This document shows positions 1 through 11,756 of a stretch of 64,000 nt of DNA, piece after piece. Location of the stretch: positions 37,202,001 to 37,266,000 of the forward strand of contig CM059432.1 in the NCBI GenBank assembly GCA_030390025.1, given 5' to 3'. Numbering within the stretch: the stretch's first letter is position 1; each line of letters starts with the position of its first letter. The notes below the pieces were generated by a model. The model was not told the origin of the DNA. It was given only the letters and a program-made list of their open reading frames with translations, and ran no database searches. This DNA comes from Squalus acanthias (taxonomy: Eukaryota). The translations under genes and the position numbers were made by a program.

Positions 1-733
1 GCTATTTCCTCTCTTACTTTTCTTAACAGTCTGGAATACATTTCATCCGGACCTTGGGATTTATCCACTTTCGAAGATGGTAAACCCCTTAATACTTCCT
101 CTTGCACTGTGTTTATTTCATCTAATATTTCTCACTCCTCCCTGATTGCAATGTCTGCATCGTCCCTCTCTTTTGTGAAAACATATGCAAAGTATTCATT
201 GAGAACCATACCCATGTCTTCCGCTTCCACACACCGGTTAACTTTATGGTCCCTAATAGGCCCTACTCTTACTTTAGTTATTCTCTTGCTCTTAATGTAT
301 TTATAAAACATCTTTGGGTTTTCCTTGATTTTACTTGCCAATATTTTTTCATGCCCTCTCTGCTATCCCAATTTCCTTTTTAATTTCACCCCTGCACATT
401 CTATGCTCCTCTAGGCGTTCTGCAGTATTGCGTCCTTGGTATCGGTCATAAGCGTCCCTTTTTTTCTTTATCCTATCCTGTATGCCCCTTGACATCCAGG
501 GTGCTCTAGATTGGTTCGTCCCACCCTTTTTTCTTTAATGGAACATACTTGCTCTGAACCCTCATTATCTCCTCCTTGAATGCCTTCCACTGCTCTGACA
601 CTGATTTACCTTCAAGTTTCTGTCTCCAGTCCACTTTGGCTAAATCACCTCTCAGCGTAGTAAAATTAGCTGTTCCCCAATTGCAAACTCTTATTCCTGG
701 TCTATCCTTGTCCTTTTCCATAACTACCCTAAA
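1..733 (-). mobile_element. CR1-type LINE ORF2 fragment (linker between endonuclease and RT), runs off the window start
   Basis: Minus ORFs 506-721 (WGTANFTTLRGDLAKVDW...QWKAFKEEI) and 132-341 (IKENPKMFYKYIKSKR...LNEYFAYVFTKE) are typical CR1 ORF2 peptides. Confidence 0.88.
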
Positions 734-1344
734 GTAATGTGGAGAACGGCTGCGAAATTGGCATTAAATATACAGAGCTGCCACAGCTAACAAAATAGTG
801 TTAGGCTGGCTCGACTGAATGGCCTCCTACCTAAAACACACATGAATAGGTTTAAACACTTTATCTGTGTGTTCCATGAGTCCTATTCTCTTCACTCTGA
901 CTGGGGGGAAGCGAAGGGGAAGTACATGGGATCTCTTTGATGTCACAGTGGCTCTACGATGACACATCTGTGATGCAAGTTTGGAATCAGACCCAACAAG
1001 TAGAATGAAGTGATGTACATAGAGCTGTGCTGCTGTGGGAAATAAAAGGAATTCGAGATGATCAAAAACTAGGATGAGTGCCCGACTCTAAATGATCAAC
1101 TCGCTGGAAGATGGAATGGTACAATTGAGAGAACATTCCTAAAATCTGCCAGTGAAGTTGAAGTAAAATAAACTAGTTTAAATTCCCTTGGAGTGAAGGA
1201 AAGCAAAAATGGAAACTATAGCCCTTAAACTCCCCGATGACCCAGTTGGTAAAGATACCAACTGTCGTACTGAACTGTGCAGAGCACAAGTTCAATTCCC
1301 AATATGTGCTCTGGCTGATTTAGAAGAGTAGCAAGTTGGTCTAC

Positions 1345-1590
1345 TCCAACTGGTCTCCGCACCCCCAGGTCACAAAGTGGGGGGTGGGGGGGGGTCTGGG
1401 GGGGTCTGGTTTCTTGCTTCTGATTGCTGTGCAATGGTGTCTGACGTGGATGGGATTAGGTTTGGCCACACCACCAGTCAGGGTCGAATAACCTACCAGC
1501 ATGCAATGTCCAGATTTACACCAAGACTGGCCACTTGCTGAAGTTATTTGATGTCCCTGGCACCCTTGGAAGTATGCTCCAGCAAGGGTC
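1345..1590 (+). repeat. Decayed copy of an old dispersed SINE-like family; related copies near 2120-2500(+), 6740-6960(-), 28780-28950(+), 29370-29660(-), 33375-33560(+), 34830-35260(+), 35355-35510(-), 45600-45760(-), 47740-48060(-), 49540-49990(-)
   Basis: Shared degenerate motifs across copies: ctgtgctgagttagctg.tctcag, ctacaattggc, cctgattgctatcc, gaagaatggccacttg. Family not named. Confidence 0.5.
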
Positions 1591-1674
1591 TGTGCCTTTG
1601 TCGGGGAGAACATTGGTTTACACGCTCATTTGTTGGACAATGTTCATGTGTGTCATCTTTGCACTTTGTTTCAG

Positions 1675-1951
1675 CTGGAACAGCAGCGACAACAGCTGCT
1701 CACGGAGCGCCAGGCCTTCCACATGGAGCAGTTGAAATATGCTGAAATGAGAGCCCGACAGCAGCTGGAGCAGCAGCATCAGCAGCAGCAGCAGCAGCAG
1801 CAACAACAACAACAACAACAGCAGCAGCATTCGCAAAACACCCCCTCTGCCCCTGGAATGCAGCAGCTGGGTTCTATTGGTATGATGCAACAAGGTCCAA
1901 CACCGCCACCTCCTTATCCGATGATGCACCATCAGATGCAGCAACAACTAG
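1675..1951 (+). CDS. SMARCC1: SMARCC1 (BAF155) antepenultimate coding exon: end of coiled coil plus Q/P-rich region
   Basis: Acceptor ctttgtttcag|CTG (phase 0) and donor CTAG|gtcagt (phase 1). Encodes [30 protein letters not shown]...[11 protein letters not shown], matching recalled SMARCC1 ([13 protein letters not shown]..., PPPYPLMHHQM) better than SMARCC2 (LEYQRQQLLADRQ). Confidence 0.95.
1771..1830 (+). repeat. Coding CAG/CAA repeat (QQH-Q16-H)
   Basis: (CAG)7(CAA)6(CAG)3 at 1780-1827, in frame with the exon. Confidence 0.95.
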
Positions 1952-3019
1952 GTCAGTGCAGTGTTCTTACATTGGTTAAATCAAACCCTTATTTCCTCAA
2001 TGTGCAGACCAATAAAGGACCTGATGGATTGTGTGTCCAGTTAATGGTTGTCTTCTCAGTTAAACACCAAGACAAGTTTAATTGCAGCTCCCCGTGATGC
2101 CTTACTGGGTGAAGACATCATGTGATGTGCTACTAAGCCAGAAGAACGTGGGAGGTCTCTGGTTTGGATCCAGTATGTGTTGATGTAATGATGAATATTA
2201 GATGCCTGTGGGGAGCTAGGAAGGGGCAAATCGACCAGGGTTTCCAGCTCCAGGATGTTTTCTAGAGCTTCTGCTAGAAACTGTGTTCATGTGTGGGCCT
2301 TGGATGTGGCTCAGTTTTGAGGCTACCCTCTCCCTCCTTCCCCACCCCCCCCCCACACACACTCACTTTACATGTGGTCACCAAGGCAAGGTATTGGAGA
2401 CTGCCAACATGTGTATAACTGTACTCTGGCGGGAACTGGTATCTTGCATGTATTGGATGGGGGGACCAAGTAATTAGCAGGAGAGAAGAACATTTTTGAA
2501 GCATGCCAATTGTACAGATTGTCAGTATAATTTTAAAGTCTAGTACAGTAATTAATCATTTAGTAACCATCACATATAATTATGAAAAAAAGCCATCCAT
2601 AGTGAGAATGTTATTGCTGCATCAATGTATTTCGCACTTGGAGTAAAACTGAGAAACTCTTGGCTATAGAATTTTCCATGAAGCAGGGATGGAAATAATT
2701 GGTACCACTCTTGTGTATCCTCTTGTGGCTTGTCATCTGAGATCATCAGTTGGCCGAACAGTTGGGGTTATCCACTCAAACCGGCATTCACTGCATACAG
2801 GATTTAACACACAATCGTGGCATTTGGGCAGTAAATGGAGTTTAAGAGTGCAGTTAAAATTGAAAAGTGTTCTAAGGCACTTCCCAGAGGCTTAAGGGGG
2901 AAAAAACATTGACACTGAGCCAAAGGAGGGGTGACCAAAAGCAGTCAGGTCTGTTTCAAGGAGGACAGAGAGGTGGAGAGAAATAGAATTACAGAGAGTA
3001 TACAACACAAACAAAACAT

Positions 3020-3130
3020 ACACAGAAACATAGAATTTAGGAGCAGGAGTAGGCCATTCGGCCCGTCGAGCCTGCTCCGCCATTCAATACGATCATGGCT
3101 GATCATCCAAATCCAGTACCCTGTCCCTGC
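3020..3130 (-). mobile_element. CR1 LINE 3' tail fragment
   Basis: acatagaa...ggagcaggagtaggccattcggccc...gcctgctccgccattcaat, nearly identical to the CR1 3' end at 11757-11860. Confidence 0.8.
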
Positions 3131-3440
3131 TTTAATCCCCACAGTACACATATCCCACCCTACCCCCGTAACCCCACGTATTTAATTCCCCCTAACATAT
3201 CCCATCCTATCCCCATGACCCCACATATTTAATCCCCCCTAACACTAAGGGTCAATTTATCATAGCCAAATCAACCTAACCCACACATTTTTGGACTGTG
3301 GGAGGAAACCGGAGCACCCGGAGGAAACCCACGCAGACACGGGGAGAATGTGCAAACTCCACACAGACAGTCACCCGAGGTCAGATTCGAACCCGGGTCT
3401 CTGGCGCTGTGAGGCACCAGTGCTAACCACTATGCCAACA
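3130..3440 (-). mobile_element. HE1-type V-SINE (tRNA-derived)
   Basis: Reverse complement gives the head ggcatagtggttagcac...gggttcgaatc (A/B boxes) and the V-domain gtgtggagtttgcacattctccccgtgtctgcgtgggtttcctcc. Same family as 55756-56072. Confidence 0.9.
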
Positions 3441-3449
3441 TACACTATA

Positions 3450-4710
3450 CAAACAGGCCATTTGGCCCAAACAGTCCACATTGGCATTGATGCTCCACTC
3501 AAGCCTCCTCTCATCCTTCCTCATCTAATTATCAGCATAACCCTCTATTCCCTTCTCCCTCGTGCTTATCTAGCTTCCCCTTAAATGCATCTATACTATT
3601 CACCTCAACTTCTCCTTGTGGTAGCAAGTTCCACATTCTCACCACTCTGGGTAAAGAAGTTTCTTCTGAATTCCCTATTTGATTTCTTGGTGACTATCTT
3701 GTATTGATGGCCTCTAGTTTTGCTCTTCCCCACACGTGGAAACACTTTGTGTCTACACTATCATAAGTCGTATCATAACATTAGAGATTTGTCTTAGACC
3801 ATGACACTACACCAAATTTTGTGCACTAATCAATTGTGGTAATCCTTGTTTCCATCTGTTGCTCCTTATTTATACCATACCAGTTGATTTGCCAGTGCTG
3901 GGTTGTCTCTCGACAACTGCGTTTGTTACCAGGCATGCGACCAGCAAATTAGTTACACACTTTGTTGTCTTTTACGTTTTTCCTCACCTGTTTGTCTTCA
4001 GTTATGTCTCTTTCTCACCATTCTGTTTTTTTAACTCTTATTTCCTTCCTCTTCCCCTCCCCCCTTTTATTTGTTCTTATGGATCTAATGTTAATGGGAC
4101 TTGTAGACACTGAGCACCCAGGTTTGGTAGACTGCAGGACCATCAGCAAGACTGACTATTTTGAAGTTCATAAAGCTGTTTCTTTTGAAGAAATTAAGAG
4201 ACTAATTTTATAAAAAGGGGCACAGAAGCTAAGACTTAATGCTACACCTGAATAAATTACTGGTTAGACCACAGTTAGAATATTGAGTCCAGTTTTGGAC
4301 ACACTATATATTAGAAAGGCTGTCAAGACAAGAGTGGGTGCAGAATGGATTAATTGGTAATAGAGATGAGTGTCTTGAGTTATGAGAAGACACTAGGACA
4401 ATTTTTTTTCATTCGAACAAAAGTTAAGATCTGATTTGGAATTTTGAATGGTTTTGCTTAAGTTGGGACAAACTATTTCCAAGATCAAAGGGAGAATGTT
4501 ACAATTTTTTTTTAAGTAGAGGTTTGTTAGGACATGGAATGCCCTGCCAGAAACAGTGGTAGATACAGAATCCATAACAGCTTTTGATGGGGAAATGGAT
4601 AAATATTTGAACAAAAAAATTTACAAGGGTAAAGGCAGGGGAATGCTCTTAATGAATCTGCATGTGCATGGCAGGCTTAATGGCCTCCTGTGCTGTAAAA
4701 TTCTGAGATT
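3450..4710. mobile_element. Old CR1 3'-end fragments (about 3450-3770 minus, about 4200-4710 plus)
   Basis: Degenerate versions of the CR1 RT C-terminus and 3' UTR seen intact elsewhere in the window. Confidence 0.6.
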
Positions 4711-4719
4711 CTAATTGTA

Positions 4720-6095
4720 CTGGTGCAGGTCAATGATACCACATCTCCATCACAAAGACCACCTGCATCCACCTCTGTAACCTCGCCTGTCTCCACCACT
4801 GTCTTAGCCCATCTGCTGCTGAAACCCTCATCGATGTTTTTGTTACCTCCTGACTTGACTCTTCCAATGTTCACATGGCCGGCCTGTAAGATTAGGATCA
4901 CAGGCCACACACACATTACCCAAAGGGTTTTAGCAGTTGCAAGGCTTTTATTAAAGAGCTACAGTTTTAAAGCATAATCAGATATTACATGTGGTTTAAG
5001 CTGAGTATAATAGACATACAACCCGTGACAGTAGAGAGCGATCTATGACTCCCGAATTGGAATGCCACGACCGGACGGACGGGGAGGCAGTACGGTGGTC
5101 TCGGATTGGGTGGATTCCTGCAGTCTGCTGCAGCGGTCACTTCCGTTGGGTCATCTCTCGAGCTGTTGGAGGTGTTAGGCTGTCAGCCACCTCAGAGGCT
5201 AAACTTGACCAAGGTGTTAGGCCATAGCCACCTCGGGGAAGCCTTCGCCCCTAACTGCCTGATTTCCCCTCTCGGTCGTCTATATTTATAGTTATTTCGG
5301 TGGGCTGGTAATCACCTGGTGTCAATCATTTGATCCCCCATCCTATTGTCTAATTGTGAAGCGGGAAAGCATCCCTCGCCGTCCCTTTCTGCATGACTGA
5401 CAAGGCCTCCCTCTTATCTTTCTGAGGAATGTTCTGTTATGTTTCTTTAAGGACATTTTATGACTTTTCGGCTCCATTTTTGTTTATTATCCCACCACCC
5501 TGTGTTTTGCATTTTCGATTCCCTTATCACTTCTATTTGTCTTTGATTGCTTGATATTTGACCTTTGCTGGCATTTCTGCTATCTGTTCCCGGCTGCATG
5601 TTATCAGTCTGTTCTAAGAATTAAAACCCATCTTTGAATCAAACAGCTATTTCTTACAGGCCTCTCATCTTGTATCTTTCATAAACTTGAGCTCATCAAA
5701 ACACTGCTTGTATCCTAACTCTCCAAGTCCAGTTCACACATCACACCTGTGCTTATTGATCTACATTGGCTACTGTTTGACCAACGCCTTGAATTTAAAA
5801 TTCTCACCCTCGTGTTCAAATCTCTCCATGACATTGCCCCATCCTATCTCTGTAACTTCCTCCAGCCCAAGAACACTGCATTCCTCTAATTCTGGCCTCT
5901 TGTGCACCCCACTTTTGGCAACTGCGCCTTCAGCCTAAGTTCTGGAATTCCCTCCCTAAATCTCTCCACCTCTCCTCCTTGAAGACCCTCCTTACAACCT
6001 CCCTCTTCGTTACCCTTCCTAATATCTCCTCCTTTGGCTTGGTGTCAATTTTCATCTTTCTACGCTCCAATTTGTTAAAAAGCACTATATAAATG
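4720..6095 (+). mobile_element. L2-type LINE 3' fragment, split by a solo LTR at 4885-5658
   Basis: Homologous in the opposite orientation to 58295-58920. Continuous across the insertion (...ggccggcc|tctcatc...aaacttgagctcatc); ends in gcactatataaatg. Confidence 0.75.
4885..5658 (-). mobile_element. Solo LTR (774 bp) of an LTR retrotransposon or endogenous retrovirus
   Basis: Termini TGTAAGA...TCTTACA (perfect 7-bp inverted repeat, TG..CA) and a 4-bp TSD GGCC (4881-4884, 5659-5662). On the minus strand TATAAATATA (5281-5290) lies upstream of AATAAA (~4947-4952). Confidence 0.88.
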
Positions 6096-6096
6096 T

Positions 6097-6270
6097 GCAG
6101 TCCAAAGATGTGCAGGTTAGGTTGATTTGGCTATGATAAATTGACCCTTAGTGTTAGGGTGGATTAAATACGTGGGGTTACGGGGATAGGGTGGGATATG
6201 TGTCGGTGCAGGCTCGATGGGCCGAAATGGCCTTTATCTGCACTGTGGGGATTCTGTGTGATTCTGTGAT
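6097..6270 (+). mobile_element. HE1 SINE 3' half
   Basis: Near-identical to 55903-56072; ends in attctgtg repeats. Confidence 0.88.
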
Positions 6271-9200
6271 AAATGTGTATTATTGTTGTATAATAAAAAT
6301 GTCTCTGCATTTCTCCCCTTTTTATTCCAAAAAAAAATCATTCACTATCAAGGCTAACATTTATGCCTACTGGCCTTGATGCGCTGGTGTAGCAGTTTGA
6401 TACAATTGAGAAAGGGTAATTGAGAGTCAACCAAGTTGGTGAGAGCCTGGAGTCACACATCGGCTGTGTGTGAGAGAGAGATAGGGGTCTTGCTGTGTGA
6501 CAGAGCGGGTTCCAATGTCTTGCTGTGTGAGAGGGGATCCCAGAGTCTTACTGTGAGAGAATTTTTGACTCTTTTGTAAGCTGAATTCAAATTCTCTCTC
6601 TGCGCTGGAGGGATTTGAATTTATGTTCTTTGGATTATTAGTCCAGGCCTGTGGTCTGGATTCCTAGTCCAGTAAGTGGACTAGTACCACGGTACAGTAT
6701 TATAGTGGTTGTTTTGAAGGCACTAATTGTTATTAGGATGCAGGTTTAAAGGCACCAGCAACCTACTGGGTGGCTAAGCTGAGCCAAATCCTGTCTTTAC
6801 CTGACATCAGTGTGCCCGACTTTGGGACCCACCCCCATCCTGGGTTGGGATGTGCTGACGCTATTTATAGCACCTCTGTGACTACTAAGCTAGATTTTTC
6901 TTGTAAGCAGATGCAAATAAAATGCAGGTTCAGTCAGTGGTGAGTTCGAGAACTTCCTGATGCTTGCAGTGCTTGGTGGTTGTGCAGTCTGTCCTACTTA
7001 TTTTACTTAGGTTTTTGTGCCCCCTATTTTCCTAGATTGAGAGTTAATTTTGAAACTGTTGAAATGTTTCTGTTATTTCAATTGTCATCAGTGTTTAAGC
7101 TATTATAAGATACGATAGTGTTACCAGCTGGAGTGACGTGCTATCAGGAGAGGATTGTGCACATATTGCATTGAAATTTCAGCTGCACATCTTTGAGAAA
7201 CTGCATTGGGTGACTCAACCAGTCAAAGCATCAGATAAAGACTCAAAGTCAAGCAGTACCGACTGCAGAACTACTTGGCACTGCAAACACCAGTATGTTT
7301 CTTGTAGCTCACTACAGACTGAATCTGCATTTTATTTGCGTGGCCAATTAGCTCAAGTATCATTGTCACTGTGATTTAGTGTTTTGGTATTAATATTCCT
7401 TCAGACAATTTGTCCTTCAGCCAATACATTTCCTGCATGATGCTTTTGATCAATACATCAAACTGCTCTTGCCAGTGCCTGTCACCACCAGCAGTGCTTC
7501 ACTCTCTGGTGTTGTACAGCTCAAAATATTATCTACAGATGCAGTCCAACATTAGAAGTGTAAAGTTTGTAACTGCTACTTTTTCTGAAACCACAGATCC
7601 AGTGAATTGTGTATTTTCAGCCACACATCATTGCCATTGATTGAAATCCAGTAACACGTTTTTGCTTAGCATTCGCTTATTTTAAAAAAATCAACATGGA
7701 CTGGGCAGGAAAAAAATTTGTGCTTTGGCAAATCTCAATCCAGACGCGCGCACACAAAAGCTGGTTTATTCATTCAAATTTCATAAGAGGAACATTTGTT
7801 CAAGCCTGCACTTGTGTCGCATCCCGAGGTGTCATATGGTAATGGGCTGCTGTCTTGAACTGTTCCAATCATTGTGATAGTGTTTTGATGATGGTGTTAG
7901 GTAGAAAACTCCAGGATTTCGCAGTACGGACGATGAAGGATCAAATTCTGGAATTCCTTTCCTAACTCCATTGTGGGAGCATCACCACAAGGACCACAGC
8001 GGTTCACAAGACTCACCATCACCGTTTCAGGGCAACTGTGGATGGACAATAAATGTGGCCTTGTAAGCATTATCCATATCCAGAGAGTCGTTTTTTTTTT
8101 AATTGCCTGCCTTTAAACTGAGAAATCTCCAAGATAACTCTGACCTCCCTCTAGATACTGTCATGCCGCGATTAACATGCCGCTTTGTGCTCCATAAACC
8201 CTGCTAAGACCTTCAGTCTCATTTCTGTTGACCAATAATCAACGTGATGTGTGAAAAGATCAGTGGCTACTCATTTGTTTTCAATTGTATGGGCAAAAAT
8301 GGTAAAATCAGGCCCTGCTGGATACTAAACCTAAGCTGTTTAAAGGTTCCTGTTTTAACATTCTAGCCTTCTCTTCACAGTGAAAGTTTCTGTGTTTTCC
8401 AAGTGTTGCTAAGCAGATTTGGCTGTAGCTGAGGACATGGTGTTTGGCATGGTCATTCTGGATGCCGTCTCCAGCTCCTCCGACTGGGATTGCCTCCCGA
8501 GATGACGCTGCTTCAGGAAAGCTGTTCGGTCCTTGGTGAGAAATTGAGGGTGAATTGATCAACGGAAAGAGAATAAGGGAGGGTTCAGGGTTTGAGTGAG
8601 CAGCTTCATCAGAGCTCGTTTTGTGTTTGGTTTTCTTTTTAATGCCAGATGTGGATTGTTCACTAAAGCAGTCATTCTTTCAAGTTCTAAGCATTCCTGT
8701 CAGATCGTCTGTCCCTTGACGGGGGTTGAGGAAGGTATTCTGTTGTGCAGGGCTTGTGTTTCTGGGATACAGAAGAAAGTTAGCAAGGGAGAACTATGCA
8801 TTAACATTTTGTGCATCCAATTATTTTTTGTTTAAAATGCAAGTTGAACGTTAAGCGCATTGTGATTTCAGTACTAGGGAATAGAATAGTTTCATTATCT
8901 GTCAGCATTAAGCGGTTGCAGGTTAGAGATAGTCCCGTTAGATGCTCCCTTGGCACTGTCCCAACAATGTCCTGTAACCTCGGCATCCTCTTGAGCACCA
9001 TTGCTGCGTTTTAATTTCCCACGCCAGTCATCCTTGCATGCAGCCTTTCCAATTTGAGATCAACAGGCTAGTTGTGATCAGTGCTGACTTTGCGAATGGA
9101 GTTCCGATCTTTGGCATTTGAGTGGAAGTACTCACATTGCTGAGGTTGCCTCAGGATTATTTAATACTGAGTTGTTTTCTGGTGGTTTTTTTTCCTCTCC

Positions 9201-9339
9201 CTGTAGATTACGTGGTTGTCTGGGCAGGGGTGGGGTCTTTTAGTCGTGTTCCAAGCATCATGAGTGTGGGACAAGGCTTGATGGATCAGCTGGTCTTTTC
9301 TTGCCCATTATTTTCACGGGAGCTGAGTCAACACTTGTA

Positions 9340-10790
9340 AATTGGGTGAGGCTCCTAGAGTATAAGAGTAAACAGGTCTGCAGAGCACAGAGTGGGATTA
9401 AAACAGAGTGTACTTAAACAGTGTTTTATTTGGGAATTTGGAAAGAGTGGGAATTTGGAGAAGAGCAGGAAGGAGTTGCTGCTTTTTGCCTACACTACTT
9501 GTAGTGCTTTGTGTTGCAGGTCGATTTAATTTCAGTACCCATAACTTAATCGAGATCAAGTAGGTAGTCAAGAAACTACACTGTAAACTAAGTTACCTAA
9601 TTACAAATTTAATTAAATAAAACAAGGTCATATAGGAATGGCAGTGCAGGTGGTGTGCCGCAACTGCAGCATGTGGGAGTCTGTGGAGAGCACTGATACC
9701 GGCCAACCACGTTTGCAGTAAGTGCCTGCATCTTGAACTTCTGCTCAGTTTTTCAGCTGGAGTCTGAGGTGCACACATTGTGGGGCATCAAGGATGGGGA
9801 GAGTTACCTGGACACTTTGATCCAGGAAGCAGTCACACCCCTTAGGTTAGGTAGTGGTACAGGTCTGGTTAGTGGTCAGGGACAGGAGGGTGTGACTGCA
9901 ACTTAAGCAGGTAAGGGGACCCCAGGTGCAGTGCTGGAGGAGCCTCAGCCTTCGCCCTTGTCCAACAGGTATGAGGTTCTTGCTGCCTGTGTGGATGAGG
10001 GAAAAGTCTGCAGGATGGATGAGCAAGCTCACCATGGTGCAGGAGGCCATTCAAGTGGGGAGAGTGAAAGGGAATGTAGTTGTGGTAGGTGACAGTATAG
10101 TCAAGGGGATAGATACTATTTTCTGCAGTCACGACCGAGAGTTCCGAAGGTTGTGTTGCTTGCCCGGTGCCAGGGGTAAAGACGACATCTCGCGGCTGGA
10201 GCAGAACTTGGAGTGGGATGGGGAGGATCCAGTTATCGTGGTCCACGTAGGAACCAACGACATAGGTAGAACTAGAAATTAGGTTCTGCTGAGGGAGTTT
10301 GAGGAGCTAGGATCCAAATTAAAAAGTAGAACCTCAAAGGTAATAATCTCTGGATTGTTACTTGAGCCACGCGCAAATTGGCATAGGGACAAACAGATTA
10401 GAGGTTTAAATGCGTGGCTTAAAGAGTGGTGTGGGAGGAAGGGGTTTCAGTTCACTGGGCACTGGCACCATTACTGGGGAAAGAGGGAGCTGTTCCGTTG
10501 GGATGGGCTCCACATAAACCGGGCTAGGACCAGTGTCCTGGCAAACTGAATAAGTCGGGCAGCAGACAGGGCTTTAAACTAATGGAGGGGTGGGTGGGAA
10601 GATTCAGGAAAGAGTAAATTTAAAAGCAGCAAGAGAAATGTCAAGGCTCTAGAGCAGAGTAGAGTTTTGCATAAAAATAAGCAGTGGGTCAGGAAGGGAC
10701 AGAGTAACAGGCAATTGGGCATCAGTGACGAAGGTGACATTGGGAAAAATCGCAATAAGTCAAAGCTAAAGGCTCTATCTGAAAGCACGA
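9340..10790 (+). mobile_element. CR1 LINE 5' portion: 5'UTR plus disrupted ORF1 (Cys-rich N-terminus, SGNH/GDSL esterase domain)
   Basis: MAVQVVCRNCSMWE from ~9637; VVVVGDSIVKG...CCLPGA...VVHVGTNDIG (9926-10282); WDGLHINR (10355-10549). Confidence 0.88.
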
Positions 10791-10794
10791 AGTA

Positions 10795-11756
10795 AACTCC
10801 TCCACCACCACCATCCCTGGGTATGTCCTGTCCCACCGGCAGGACAGACCCACAAGGGGTGGTGGCACAGTGGTATACAGTCGGGAAGGCGTGTCCCTGG
10901 GAGTCCTCAACATTGACTCTGGACCCCATGAAGTCTCATGGCTTCAGGTCAAGCATGGACAAGGAAACCTCCTGCTGATTACCACCTACCGCCCTCCCTC
11001 AGCTGATGAATCAGTACTCCTCCATGTTGAAAACCACTTGGAAAAAGCACTGAGTAGCAATGGCACAGCATGTACTCTGGGTGGGGGACGTCAATGTCCA
11101 TCACCAAGAGTGGCTCGGTAGCACCACTCTGACCGATCTGACCGAGTCCTGAAGGACATAACTGCTGGTCTGGGCCTGCGACAGGTGGTGATGGAACCAA
11201 CACGAGGGAAAAACCTATCTGACCTCGTCCTCACCAATCTACCTGTCGCAGATGCATTTGTCTGACAGTATTGGATGCAGTGACCACCGCACAGTCATTG
11301 TGGAGACGAAGTCCCTCCATTGTGTTGTGTGGCACTACCACCGTGCTAAATGGGAGAGATTCAGAACAGATCTAGCAGCTCAAAACTGGGCATCCATGAG
11401 GCGCTGTGGCCCATCAGCAGCAGCAGAATTGTATTCCACCACAATCTGTAACCTCATGGTCTGGCATATCCCTCACTCTACCATTACCATCAAGGCAGGG
11501 GACCAAGCCTGGTTCAATAAGGAAGGAGTGTAGAAGAACATGCCAGGCATACCTAAAAATGAGGTGCCAACCTGGGGAAGCTGCAACACAGGACTACATG
11601 CATGCTAAAAAGCGGAAGCAGCATGCTATAGACAAGGATAAGCGATCCCACAACCAACGGATCAGATCAAAGCTCTGCAGTCCTGCCACATCCAGTCGTG
11701 AATGGTGATGGACCATTAAACAACTAACGGGAGGAGGAGGCTCCTTGAATATCCCC
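10795..11756 (+). mobile_element. Second CR1-clade LINE family (family B), endonuclease/linker fragment
   Basis: SGPHEVSWLQVKHGQGNLLLITTYRPPS, SDHRTV and WHYHRAKWERFRTDLAAQNW; the same peptides occur at 20603-21585(-), 38399-38884(-) and from 51640(+). Confidence 0.88.

Noticed and set aside
1618..1947. Minus-strand poly-Leu ORF resembling a signal peptide
   Set aside because: Antisense shadow of the CAG/CAA tract.
1630..2097. 155-aa single ORF as a complete gene
   Set aside because: Only 1675-1951 is exon; the flanks are intronic read-through beyond canonical splice sites.
9926..10549. Cellular GDSL/SGNH esterase gene
   Set aside because: CR1 ORF1 domain, multi-copy in this window and disrupted.
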